Part shown: in pieces, positions 1 through 11,642 of the stretch
How positions within the stretch are numbered: position 1 is the first letter of the stretch
How the letters are laid out: each line of letters opens with the position of its first letter
Assembly: GCA_001179505.1 (NCBI GenBank)
Contig: CDMY01000206.1
Span: 62,001 to 126,000 of the forward strand
Reading direction: 5' to 3'
DNA from: Vitrella brassicaformis CCMP3155
Lineage: Eukaryota > Protista > Chromerida
Length of the DNA: 64,000 nt
Program-made: the position numbers and the translations under genes
Notes under the pieces: model-generated
Told to the model about the DNA's origin: nothing
What the model saw: the letters and a program-made list of their open reading frames with translations, nothing else
Database searches by the model: none

Positions 1-1297
1 TGGACAGCTTCCCCCCCGACGCCTCCTTGTCGGCCCCCCTGTCGCCCTCGACCGCCCCCTCAGTGCCAGCGACCAACACCCACTGATCGTTGTGTGGCAC
101 TGTGATCTTGGTGATGCCCTCCTCCTTGAATGCGCCGCTTATGGAGTAGAGGGCCACTGGGCAGCCGGTGAGGAGCGTCGATTTGGGGTCAGTGGGTGGG
201 ATGAGGGCGCCGTCCATGTGGCATGCGAGGCGGTGTTGGTGCTCTTGGTCATCAATGACGAACAGCAGGCCGCCTTGCGCGTTCTTTACACGCTCAAGCA
301 GCGCCTCGAAGTTGCGGCCGTCTTGCGAACTCCTGACAGGCACACACGATAGCAGATACGATCGTCTCCCCACCCCTCTTCTGTGTGTTGTCTCCCTGAC
401 TCACTTGAATAGACATTTGATGTTGCTGCGTGGTTTGCCGATCATCGAGAGGTACACTTGCTCCATGAGGCCGTACATCTCACACGCATACAGCAGCTCA
501 CGGGGCGAACGGCTTGCCGGCAACGAGATGACGGCCTCGGGGGCCACCCGAATACGACGAACGTAATCCACCACCCTGCAGACAACAACACCACAGAGGA
601 TTGACGGTCTTGCTAGCGGTCTGTTGTCATGCTTGCTACTTGTGGAAAATGTCTGCAGATACATCAACGACGGGCCCTGCATACTTGCACTCACACACAC
701 ACACACACACACACAGAGTAGTCCGCCGAGCCATCGCTTCTCTGCCTGTGTCCTCCCTACTTGGTGAATCTGTCGTGCAGTGTTTGGAAGTCCGCTAGAG
801 TAGCGTCAGTCGTGGCCACCGCACCGCCACCCACCCTTACCCTGAGCACCTCATCGCCCCCCGTGCCGCCCGCCGATGTCTTGATGAAGGGGCCCATGAC
901 GGCCATGAAGTCCCGGAAGGCAGCACTCTTCTCGTCGCCATGCTGCGCCGCGATACCGAGGGCCGTCTTTGCCATGAATCGGCTGTGGTAGAAGGCCAGC
1001 GACGGCGGACAGCCCTCATGGATATCTCGCCTGCTGTGAAGCTTCACAGCCAACCTGACAGCACACACAGACAGACACAGGGGAACAATGGCCACTGTTG
1101 CAATGTCAGCATGCCGCCTGCCCTGCCCTGCCAGCCATGTTGTTTCCCTCTCACCATGTAAAGTAGAAGGGGTCTGTATCGATGAAATGAGTGCCGTTGG
1201 CGTCTTTGAGCATCCAAAAGTCACCAACATTGAGCACCATCTCTCGCTGACTTGTTGCTGTCGTCTTGTCGTCTTGCTTCGACGTGAACGTTCCCAT
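1..1297 (-). CDS. BTB/POZ (KCTD-type) + TLDc-like domain protein, multi-exon; 3' end runs off the window start
   Basis: Spliced reading MGTFTSK..EMVLNVGDFWMLKDANGTHFIDTDPFYFTW|LAVKLHSRR..SLAFYHSRFMAKT..|VVDYVRRIRVAP..EMYGLMEQ..CLFK|..NFEALLERVKNAQGGLLFVIDDQEHQHRLACHMDGALIPP. It is colinear exon by exon with the paralog at 48768-51193. Confidence 0.75.
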
Positions 1298-1540
1298 ATT
1301 GAAGAAATGATGAATCAAAGCAGACAGATAGCTTAGCACCGACACGGAGAACTCTTCTGTGGCCAGATCCGCGGCGCTGTTGCCGATTTTTTCAGCCTGC
1401 GAGCTAAGCAGTGGGAGGTTTGGTTGGTTACGGACATCCGCAGCATCTGTGCACTGCCACGCGTAGAGCAGTGAACGTGCTGAGATCAGATCTTGCTCTC
1501 GCTGGACTGATCAACAGCACCATTCGTTCATCATCGTCGA

Positions 1541-4500
1541 TGGCGAGTGATTTCCGACGCTTCTGGAAGTGGAGGAGGCGCAGATCCCCCATCTGCTTCA
1601 TCCTGGTGTTCGTCTCATTCCTGCATCCGTATCTCCGCTTGGCATCATCATCCGGCCTCTTGACCAGCCGCACCCATCCCCCGCCCTCCCCTCGCCGCCC
1701 ACGGCCTTCATGGGCACACTCATGGCCACTGCGCAAGCTCAGCAGCCGACGCAAGCACGCCTGTCTAAGGCTGCCGACTGACGGCACTCACGGAAGGGTG
1801 ACGGTGATGAGTGCATCGCGGCCCGACGGCACGTCGTTTATATCGATGCGGAGCGGGGAGTCGTGGAGCCAGCATCACCAGCAGCACCCGCATTCACGCT
1901 CTGGTTGGTCACGGCTGGCCGGTTATGTGGAGCTCAACCATGCATCGGAGGAGGGCCATAGCCGCGGCCACAGCCACAGCCACAGCCACGGTCCCATTAG
2001 CGTGCCCATCCATCCGCTGCCGCAAGCAGAAACCGCAGCCCATGCCCACGTGTATCTTCTTTCATCCAGATCTGAGAGTGCTCCTCTGGTTCGCCCAGGG
2101 CTTCGTGGGACGAAAGGTGCATCTGCAACAGACCGTCTGAAGGAGGCCTATTATGGTGCTGATGGGGAAGGCGAGAACACCGTGGTGTTGTGGGACAGCG
2201 CACTGGAGACCGTCACTGGAAGCGAGCGCCTGGTGCTGAGGCAAGAGGAGGAGCCGCCAGAAGAGGAGCCAGCCAATGAGTCTCCGCCCGTCGAGAGCGA
2301 GGACATGATGACTCGCGTCATCACCTTTTGCCGCACTCTTCTGCTCTTCCGGTGGGGAGACAAGGAGACGACTGTGACCGCATCAGCTGAGGAAAGGGAC
2401 GAGCAGCTGGCCTCGGTCGACGGCAAGACAGAGGATGATGTGTCAGATGCTGGATGGCCGCCGCAGAATGCCACTGAGCCTGATAGTGGTGGGCCTGCAG
2501 CAATCGATGACCAAGACGCTGAGTTGGGAGAGGGGGCTGCCAACGACACAATGGCTGCTGAGAAGCAGGACGAGATGCCATCTGAGGAGCCTCCACCTAT
2601 ACCCGAGAGCAGCGACACCCAGCCGGTCATTCCTGATGGCCTGAACGTCACACAGCAAGACGAGGGCGCCTCACAGGAAAAGCCAGCGACGCAACAGCCA
2701 CAGGAAGAGAAGCCAACGCAGCCGACGGAACAGCCGGAGGCAGAACAAGACCCCCTCACCCAGGCGGCCAAGCGCTTCCAGGCCTTCCTCCGCGACCTAT
2801 TCGAGGAGCCCGAGTACAATCCCATCCCACTCCCCCCAACCCCGCCACCACGACGCAGGAGAGACGACAAATCGGCCCCCTCTCAGCCACAAGACCAGCA
2901 GCAGCAGGAGGCACCAGCGGCCGAGAAGGAGGGTGAGCTGGTCGAGAGTGAGGAGGTGGCCATATCCAATGCCATTATGGACTCGTGTCTGGAGCTGGGC
3001 GAGAGCGTCAGGAACGGCACCTTTGACAATGCTGAGTGGGAGCTGCTGCACTCGGCAGACATCTGCACGCTCTGGAGGCGACCTGTGCCAGGTACGCACA
3101 ATCCATCCACACCACACAGAGGGCAACAGCACGCAAACACACGCCATGCAAACGCACTTCTCTCCTCTCTGTCCGTCCATCTCTCGTCTCCTAGGCACGT
3201 CTCTGTATGAGTATCTGGCCCGCGGTCGGTTCGACGACATATCGGTGAGCATCTACAACCAGACCATCAACGACCTCGACTTCCGCCAGACCTGGGACGG
3301 CAACATCGCCGGTCTCAAAGTCATCGACCAGACACCCGTCTACCACGTCCAGTACGGCACCCCCGACGCCGTATCGGGTTTCGCATCCAGCGAGGCCCAA
3401 ACCAACGACACCGACCACCACAGCGAGCTGAGGATCGTCGAGCACCATCGGCTGAGGGGCAACAATGCCAGCGACACCGCAGTGAGCCCCAGCCACCCTG
3501 CCAAGCCGCCATCGGCGTTCCAGTCGCCTCCGAAGATGTCGAATGGGCAGCTGGGGAGAAACAACGGAGGAGACTCGGAGGGCGCTGCAGAAAGGGGGAA
3601 TGGATCAGCAGGTCAGGGTGACTTGGAGAGGGGGAGCGATAGCGGGCGGGATGCCAGTGGCAGTGCGACCGTTGGCAATGGGGGGTTGAAGCTGCCCAAC
3701 GATCTTGAGGAGGTGGTCTACTGGCGATTCAAGCTGCCATGGCCGCTGCAGGACAGAGATTTCGTTTTCGCCAGGTCAGTCCAGTCAGTCGACCCACATA
3801 CAGATAAGAACCACGCGCACAGATGCATCCATCCCTTTGTTTGTTTGTGTGTCCGCCAGGCGCTTTCGTCTGTACTACGGTCGGGGTGCTTTTGTGTCGG
3901 TGCAGCAGGCTGTTGAGCATCCCGAGGTGCCCGAGTACACCGACACGATGCGCATTCGCGAGTACCGCTCCCGACTGGTGCTCTTCGCCGCCAACCAGGA
4001 GGCAAAGGTGGACCGCCCTGGCATGGAATACGTACTCATGCACTTCGACGATCCTAGGTGAGTGAGGGCCACACAAACACACACACACAGAGAGAGAGAG
4101 AGAGATGCAGTAATTAATGGTCATGTGTGGTCGTGTCAGGTCCAATCTGCCTCCGTGGGTGACGACCTATCTGACTGCTAACGCTCTCCCATCCACCATG
4201 CAAACGCTCCACGAGACCGCGCGACAGCTCGTGACCAACACCGCCGCAAACAAGATATCACCCGCCGCCAATGCTACTGGTGATGCTGCTACTGCTGACG
4301 CTGACGAGGCGGCTGCCACACCGCCACCAGAAACCAGCGACACTTCATCGAGCAACCAGACGAGCACACTGGAGACGACATCCGCGCCAGAGCAGCAGCA
4401 GGAGGAGAAAGGGGGGCACACCAATAAGACGGCAAGTGAGGAGCCTCGGCCAGAAGCGGCCCCTCCCACCAATGTGACGTCGGAGGGAGGGGAGGGCGAC

Positions 4501-4746
4501 TCGGAGAAGAAGGAAGACAGCAGTGGGAAGGATGGAAATCCATTCCAGTCATTCTGGTCGAACCTTCTGAAAGGGCAACAACAGAAAACCAAGGCCAACG
4601 GGCACGACAAGGGCAAAAACGATCTTAGGGGACAGGAGGGCGAGAAGGAGGGAAAGAAGGAAGATGATGCGAAGAGAGAAGACGAGGAGCTGCCCGCGAC
4701 GCTGCCGTCACGTCGCGCACGGCCATTCTTGCCGCCCAATCCATAG
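1541..4746 (+). CDS. START (StAR-related lipid transfer) domain protein, PCTP/STARD7-like, with long low-complexity N- and C-terminal regions; 4 exons
   Basis: Motifs WELLHSADICTLWRRPVPG|TSLYEYLARGRFDDIS..DLDFRQTWD, VVYWRFKLPWPLQDRDFVFAR, AVEHPEVPEY..RIREYRS, YVLMHFDDPR|SNLPPWV; GT-AG introns near 3092, 3775 and 4058. The start codon is uncertain (1541 or 1807). Confidence 0.85.
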
Positions 4747-5308
4747 GGGGAGTGATGCACGCACAGACGACCAGGCAGGCAGGCAGGCAGGCAGACAGTC
4801 ATGTCAGTGAGGTTAGTGGGTCTGGTGAATGGAGCGCTCTTCTGTCAGTTGGTTGTTTTAACGCTGACGTGCATTCGTGATGGATGGATACATACGGGAG
4901 TGAGTGAGAGCCGACACACTAGTGGAGTGGAGAGGGGACGACGCTGTTTCCTTGGTGGATGGTGGGGGCGTGGTCTGTACAGAGTGGCCGCCTATTTATC
5001 GATGTGTGTGCCTGCCTGTGGGTGCCGCTGATGTACAGACAAAGAGATAGACGGGGGACGCTGTCCGACAGTGGAAGGTGGTTCGTTGCATGTCTGCAAG
5101 TGCGACCGTATTCGTGACGGCTGAAAGCAAGACCTCATGGATGGATGCTCATGAATGGAGGCATGGATGTGACAATTCATGCCAATCGACTGTCCGTCCA
5201 TCAGGCTGTGACAAATATAATACATTCACGTGCACAGGTGCTCTCCATCCACTGATGCATTCCACATTTGTGTCCGTGCCAAGATGGCAGCTTTGGTCGT
5301 GCGACGCA

Positions 5309-5332
5309 TCTCGCAACTCATGAGTTGCGAGA
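5309..5332. repeat. Perfect 24-bp palindrome TCTCGCAACTCA|TGAGTTGCGAGA
   Basis: Read directly; lies between the convergent 3' ends of the START and SF3B6 genes. Confidence 0.9.
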
Positions 5333-5502
5333 GCGGCTCATGACCATCGCTGCCGCAGTGGCGCCGGCACAACAGGAATGCACTGTGTCGCGCAAAAGTA
5401 CGTCAGTGACTGCCTGACTCTCTGTACACAAGCAGGAGGCCGCTAGAGATGAAATCAGTGGGAAGAACAGTGGGAAGAACAGCCAATGATACGACAGGGC
5501 GA

Positions 5503-6086
5503 TCATTCGACACCGAACTTCCGCCTGAGCTCCGCGAGCTCCTCCTTCTGCTTCTCGGCGTCCTTTTTCTTCTGCAGCTTCGCCGCATTGTAGTATAAGA
5601 CAACGAGATACCTGTGACGACACAAGCAACGCACGTGTGGTGCAGTGGCACGTGCATTCGAGCGGTCTTTTTCCCTCGTGTGGTTCTGACCTGCCGGCGA
5701 CGTGGAAGCCTGACAGGTGGTCGACGGCGTTCTTGGCGTCATAGATGTCCTCATACACGACAAACGCCGTACCCCTCGTGTCGGGAGCGTTGCCTCTGAT
5801 GCGCAGAGGACAGGACACATCAAGGAAGGAGGAGGTGATGCCCTGCTATCACTGACACATGCACACGTGGTCCTCCTCACTTGCGTATTTGCCGTATTGG
5901 TCCGTATTTGCCGAATATGTCGTACAGCTCCTCAGCTGTGATCTTGTAGGGCAGATTCCTGACGAGACAACGACACGGAGAAGCATGGTGGGTGCGGGCA
6001 CGTTTGGCGTGATGTTGCTGCTGCGCTCACCTGACGTAGATGATCCTGTTGACCTCTGGCGGCAGCCTCACCTTCTTGCCGCTCAT
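5503..6086 (-). CDS. SF3B6: Pre-mRNA branch-site protein p14 (SF3b14a), RRM; 4 exons
   Basis: Spliced [19 protein letters not shown]|[25 protein letters not shown]|[36 protein letters not shown]|[20 protein letters not shown] matches the p14 consensus closely. Confidence 0.96.
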
Positions 6087-6415
6087 AGTGAATCTGAGTA
6101 ACGTGAGTTCACAGAGCTATATCGAATGGAATTGTCAGAAAGCGCTGCTTCGCCTACAAATTGCGAGCTCAAAGCTCGCATTTACGCGATGGCCAGCTTT
6201 CGCCTGGTTGTGTGTTGTGTGGGGGTCTGCCGCAGACTCATGTTTCTCTACGTTTTCATTCCGATCACGCAGACAGGACAGGTGACGTTCAGCAATGCAT
6301 GGTCATTCGCTCGCCCAAAGCGTCCTTAACGACACCAGCAACGACCTGAGAGAGCTCTCCGAATGGTCATGAGTTGTGGCCACCTGCATACACCCAACGT
6401 GAGGAGGCAAGCACA

Positions 6416-9400
6416 TCATGATTGCTGTTCACTCCCCTTGTCTGTCAGCAGGTGCACCGCGTGGCTCTCGCTGGTTCCCACCAGTTTGGATAAGAGCTCT
6501 TCCTCATCGGTCGCCAACGACGCTATCGCAGCGGGCCCTCCAGCCGGTCTATCGACCTCTCGTGACACAGGCTCCCTGTGCACCTCATCCTCCCTGTCAA
6601 AGAATCCAGACGTGACCTCAGCCCTTCTGCCCGCCTGCTCCATCTGCTCCAGGTCCGAGTACGCGGAGAGAAAGCTCGAGTGCTTGCTCCGCCTGGCGAA
6701 CCTCTTGGCAGCCGCCAAGCCTTCGGGGTCCCGCGACTTCGGAGGTTTGCTTGCCCTGAAGGGAGAGTGTTCGTGCGGCTCGGGCAGCCATTCCGATGCC
6801 GGGCTGTGGGTTGCTTCGATGCTCTTGGTTCGCGGGCCCATCTCAGCCTCGGCCTCTTCAGAGACGGCACTTGCGAAGGACGAAGACCGGGAGACCTTGA
6901 GACCCCGACCTGAGGGCTGCCTCGCTTCATTCTTCTTGCGGATGACCGTCGCATTCCTCGCAAGGTGTTTTCTGGACTGCCCATGCCGCTCCTTGATCTG
7001 CTGGCATATGTGCTGCCACGTGAAGTCGGCAATCATCGACGACATCTCGCTCAGCGGGTCGTGCGCGACTGACACACCGACTGATCCAACGGGCTGACGG
7101 GAAGGCGCCGGTGCAGTGCTTCGTGCTCGAACGGGCGCTCGCCGGCTTCTGCTGACCATGTCATTACTCGCCTCTTCCCGTGACTTCGAGGGGGGAGACA
7201 GCGGCAGCGTTTCCGTTTTCAGTGTCATGCCATTTCTTGGACCATGCGCTGCACTCTTGGAAGCACGTGCTCGGCCAGCAGCCGGCTGAGGTGGAGGGAG
7301 GACACTATGATTGATGGCCGCCCCGTCCCTTATCCCTGGGGAGGGCTGGTCTGCTGCAGCCGTAAAGTCAGCCCACAGAGGCACTTGGCCTTTCTGGTCC
7401 TCATGGCCTGACGAAGGAAGAATCATCCTCTCGATGGTGCCTTGTCTCTCCCAACGACTGTCAGAACATGGCGAGAAGTCCTCTGCAGAGAAGGGCGGGG
7501 GCGGGACATCATCGGCCGTCGAAAATGTCACCCAATCGGGCGGCGGCTCTTCCGGAGACGACACCAGAGCAGCATCGACATGGAAGTGTTGGGGAAGGGC
7601 CAGCTCCGCCTTCGTGTCTGCTTGGGTCTCTGTTTGAGGTCGGTGAGAGTGCTCCCTGCTTGTGAGGACTGTGCTGGGCGATGCAGGTTGCGTCGGCTGG
7701 GTGGGCTCCATCTCTTCGGGTGCTGTCGGGCCCACTCGTGCGGTCCCAAGGGGCAAGTTCGTTTCCACCTTGCTGAACAGCAGGGGCTTTCTGTCTTCAG
7801 ATCTTCGACGCTGAGTCCCGATATCGGCCTCACTCGGGCTCCTCTCGTCCTCCCTCGTCCTTCCCGGCCGCAGACGAGCGGCAGATTTTGCCCTTCTCGG
7901 CACGTCGGGCCTCTGCACGGGCGAATGCTTGGGTAAGGGGCTGTCGAAACGTCTTGTAGGCGGCCTGTGAGTGTCAAGTGTCTCCTCTCGACGGGTGAGG
8001 GCGGCCGTGTCGGATGTCTTGGGCGAGCTGTGGGCTTCTGAGAAGGGGATCAGGCGAGTGGTCGATGGCTGCTTGAGGAAGGTCAGGTCGGCAGATGGTC
8101 TCCCGCGCAACGGCGTCTGCAGCAACACCAACAGCATGCATCTATCCATTCACCAAGATCTTTCAGCCGCACCGTCGTCTTGTCCCCTGCTTCACTTTCC
8201 CCAAGTAGATGATCGAGCGGACTTCCCTCAGGCCGGGGCAGCATCGGCAGGGGCGGGAGAGAGCGCACCTGCTGCCTTGGCGGATCGGCCGGCCGTCCCC
8301 CGAAGCGTGTCTGTGACTTCTCCTTCAGGGCGCCACGTGACTTTGGCGAGGGGGCGACAGATCGCTCGGCGGGAGGAAGGGGCTCGTGCTGACTGTACTC
8401 TGAAATCGGAGGCCTTAGCAAATTAAAGAGACGTGACTGCATTGCGTGTTCTCGACCTGCTTGCTCTTCTTGTTTTATTTCTGGGAATGATGCCTTTGGG
8501 AACTCAGATATCCGCAGCTCCTTGTCCAATGCCGTCACGCAGGCCAGGCTGTCAGGCGGCTCCAAAGTGGGGACGGGATCGTCTGTTGGCCCGGTGGGCT
8601 CCTTGGCATGCCTGTGAGCAGGTCAAACCATGCCTTGTTCGCGCATTTCTCAAAATTCATTCGATGCTCACTCCATGAATTCCTCAAACTGCCTCCGCCA
8701 AAAGGTCGATCTGACGAGACACCAATCGCATCGCGAAGGAATGCATGTCTTCATCTTTCCCCATGTCTCCTTACTTTTTCCTGTTGGTGGCCAAATCCTG
8801 GTCACACACACAGATCATGGACGCTAGGCACGGCAATGGTTCCAACGGGTGTTGGCTGTCTCATACCTCTTGGAGGGATGCCATGCACTCGTAGTATTTG
8901 ACGTCCTCTTCCTCACATTGACGCACCTGACTGGCGTATCCGCCCTGATCGACGTACAAGCGACAAAAGGCGCCCGATCGGCGGACGAAATACGATGTGC
9001 GTGCAGCATTGCTGTGCCCACCTCTTGCTGCTTGAGGTGATTTTGCAGCTGTCTTATTTGCTCGCGATAGTCAGATACCAGCAGCTCCTTCTGCAGCTGT
9101 AGACTGGTCAGGTGGCCCTCCATCTGGTTGCAGCGTCGTATCAGGCTGTCTCGCTCCGCCCTGTGGAGAGGGAAAGGACACCCACTTCCTTCTCCTCCTC
9201 GACTGATTCATCGCTCAACCTGATAGGTTCAAGCTCTTCGGCTGCCTGTTTCTGCTGATGCTGGGTGCGCTGCTGAACGTCATCCAACCAATACTCCAGC
9301 TCGCGGACCTGTAAAGGGCAACAGGGCGACTTGCACACAGCGCGGCAGACGAATGTCAGGTTTCTGCCGGCCACCTCTCTCCTGGCATCATGTATCTGCT

Positions 9401-9944
9401 GCTGTGTCTCTGAGAGGTCCAGGAGGTCCATCTGGATGGCATCTGCCCGCTCGAGTATGTGCTGCTTCTTGTTGTGGAACTCCTCACGGAAACAGTTCAG
9501 CTGTACACAAGGAACACACACGCGCACTCACGCAAACGCAATGCAGTTGTCTGTCTCCCCGTTCCACCATATCACTGTCAGTCACCCAGCAGTCACCATT
9601 TGTTTGGTCTTGTCCAGTTGCTGTCTCAAGGCAGTCAGGCAGTCCTGACCCTCGCCCAGCTTCCTCGCAGACCTGCACACAGCCCACAGACAAACCGCCC
9701 CTCATAGGCACCCAGTCTGGGAAAGATCACTCGTCTCACCAATCGCGTCTCACCATTTGATGTCGCGTTCGAATTCTGTGAGTGCTCCCTGCTCCTCATC
9801 CCGCAGCTGCTGTTCCTTCCTCAGCAGCTTCAGCCGCTCGATGGTGCTTCCCCGTCCATGACCCAGATATGCCTTGACCCGTCCGAGCACCTCCTCTCGG
9901 CGATGCCACTCACTGGCCACTGAATCAGATCCATTCATGACCAT
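6416..9944 (-). CDS. Uncharacterised protein: N-terminal coiled coil plus long Ser/Pro/Arg-rich disordered C-terminus; multi-exon
   Basis: Heptad-like exons (IERLKLLRKEQQLRDEEQ; FREEFHNKKQHILERADAIQMDLLDL; AERDSLIRRCNQMEGHLTSLQLQKELL) joined by GT-AG introns, then long exons 8083-8620 and 6416-8100. Some junctions are unresolved. Confidence 0.6.
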
Positions 9945-10089
9945 GATTGAATGAGGTTTGGAGGACACAGACGAGCCGTCGTGCCAAGAGGAAAAGAGAA
10001 ACCCCCTTCGATCTCCTGCCAGTGGGGGCGATGGGGGCTTTGAGACGGCAGTCTCCCTGCCGGCCTCGCTACCGACAGTGGTTAGGGAA

Positions 10090-11590
10090 ATGAGTGGTGA
10101 GGAGGACATTACGCCCGAGGCTCTCGAGAGAGAAGCCAGCTCTCTCAGATTCATCGGCCTCAATGCCTTCAAGTACGAACCCACCCTGACTGCACAGTGG
10201 CATGTGCATGTTTGTGAGCTTCGTTCGCTGTGCGGTTGCATGCTGCAGGGGCCTGATGGACGACTCCTTCACCAGCATCAACGGCACGATCAGCAAGGGC
10301 TTTTCAGAGCTCAACAACGAACTCCGGGCCCCGCTGCCGCAGACAGACATCAAGAAGATCTCCAAGTATGCCCAGCTCCGGCAGATGGACGTGTTGGACC
10401 CCTTCAGCAGGGGCGAGGACGGCGAGGAAAGCGACGACTCTGAGAGGAACCTCAACAATGCGGTCAAGGAGGCGATGCAGCGGGCCCTCATGCCGACCGA
10501 TGACGCATCCAAGGTCTCCTTCAACACACAAGGGGAGGCCGCTGCTCCGGCCATTCGTGTAAGCGAGGAGAGCCCCGAGCCGTCTGCTTCACAGCCCACC
10601 GAGGCCTCGCCGGACAGCGGCGAAGGCAAGAAGAAGGCACAACGACGGAGGGCGACAGTGAAGGCTCCAGTAGTCGAGACAATGCCATGCCTCGCGCCTG
10701 CTAAAACTGACGATAAGAAGGAAGACATCAGAAGGAGAAGGACCGTCGCGGACACCAGCAAGGTATCGCCTTCTGTGACGCCGATAGAGCCGTCCGACAG
10801 CGAGGCCCCACCACGAAAGACCGGCGGCGCGCCTGCAAGAGACACGCGGAAAAAGAAGGCCGAGTCGCCCCTCGCCAGAGCCAAAGCCAAGCAGCCTGCG
10901 GCCCCACCATCCGCCCCACCATCAAGAGCCGAAGAAGTACCAGACATGCCAGAGGAGAGGCGAGAATGGCAGGATCTGCTGCTGAAGGTGGTTGACTCGG
11001 TGCAGAGAGCCGATGAGGGCCCGGCGGGTGAGAGGGAGAGGGAGAGCCGGCTGTCTCGCAACGGGGGCGCTGCTCCTGCTGCTGCTGATGGTGTTGATGA
11101 GGGTGAGTGGGGTCGTGTCATGATGGCCAAGATGATGGAGGACCCTGCAGGGATGGTCAGGGAGGTCAAGGCCACGGTGGCTAGAATGGCACAGGACAAC
11201 GAACGACTAAAGTGAGGAATACACACACACACACACAGGGAGGGAGAGAGAGAAAGAGAGAAACGCAGAGACATGGACCGCATGTGCATTTCGTCTTGGT
11301 GGTCAGAAGCGACAATGCAGAATTGTCTGTGGCCAACGAGGAGCTGACGTACAAGCTCACCAAAGCCGAGAAAGAGAGAAAGAAACTGCTGGTGAGTCGT
11401 CGTGTCCTGTGCTCACCAGTATCGATGCAGTCAGTATGTAAGTGTGCGTCTGTGGCTGCAGTGGTGGAAGACGGAGGCTCAACGTCATGGGGTGAATATC
11501 GAATACCCGGATAACTTAGAGGAGATGTTGGCCAAGGGCAGCATCTTCATGAATATCGTCAAAAAGTCGTCTAAACAATTCAACACGTAG
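10090..11590 (+). CDS. Uncharacterised protein: disordered middle, C-terminal coiled coil; about 4 exons
   Basis: MSGEEDITPEALERE..NAFK|GLMDDSFTSING..MAQDNERLK|SDNAELSVANEELTYKLTKAEKERKKLL|..WWKTEAQRHG..KQFNT*; phase-compatible GT-AG introns at the first junctions. Confidence 0.65.
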
Positions 11591-11642
11591 CCTTCCATTG
11601 GTTGATGCACTCATTCATTTCATGTCATGTCATGTCGATCTC

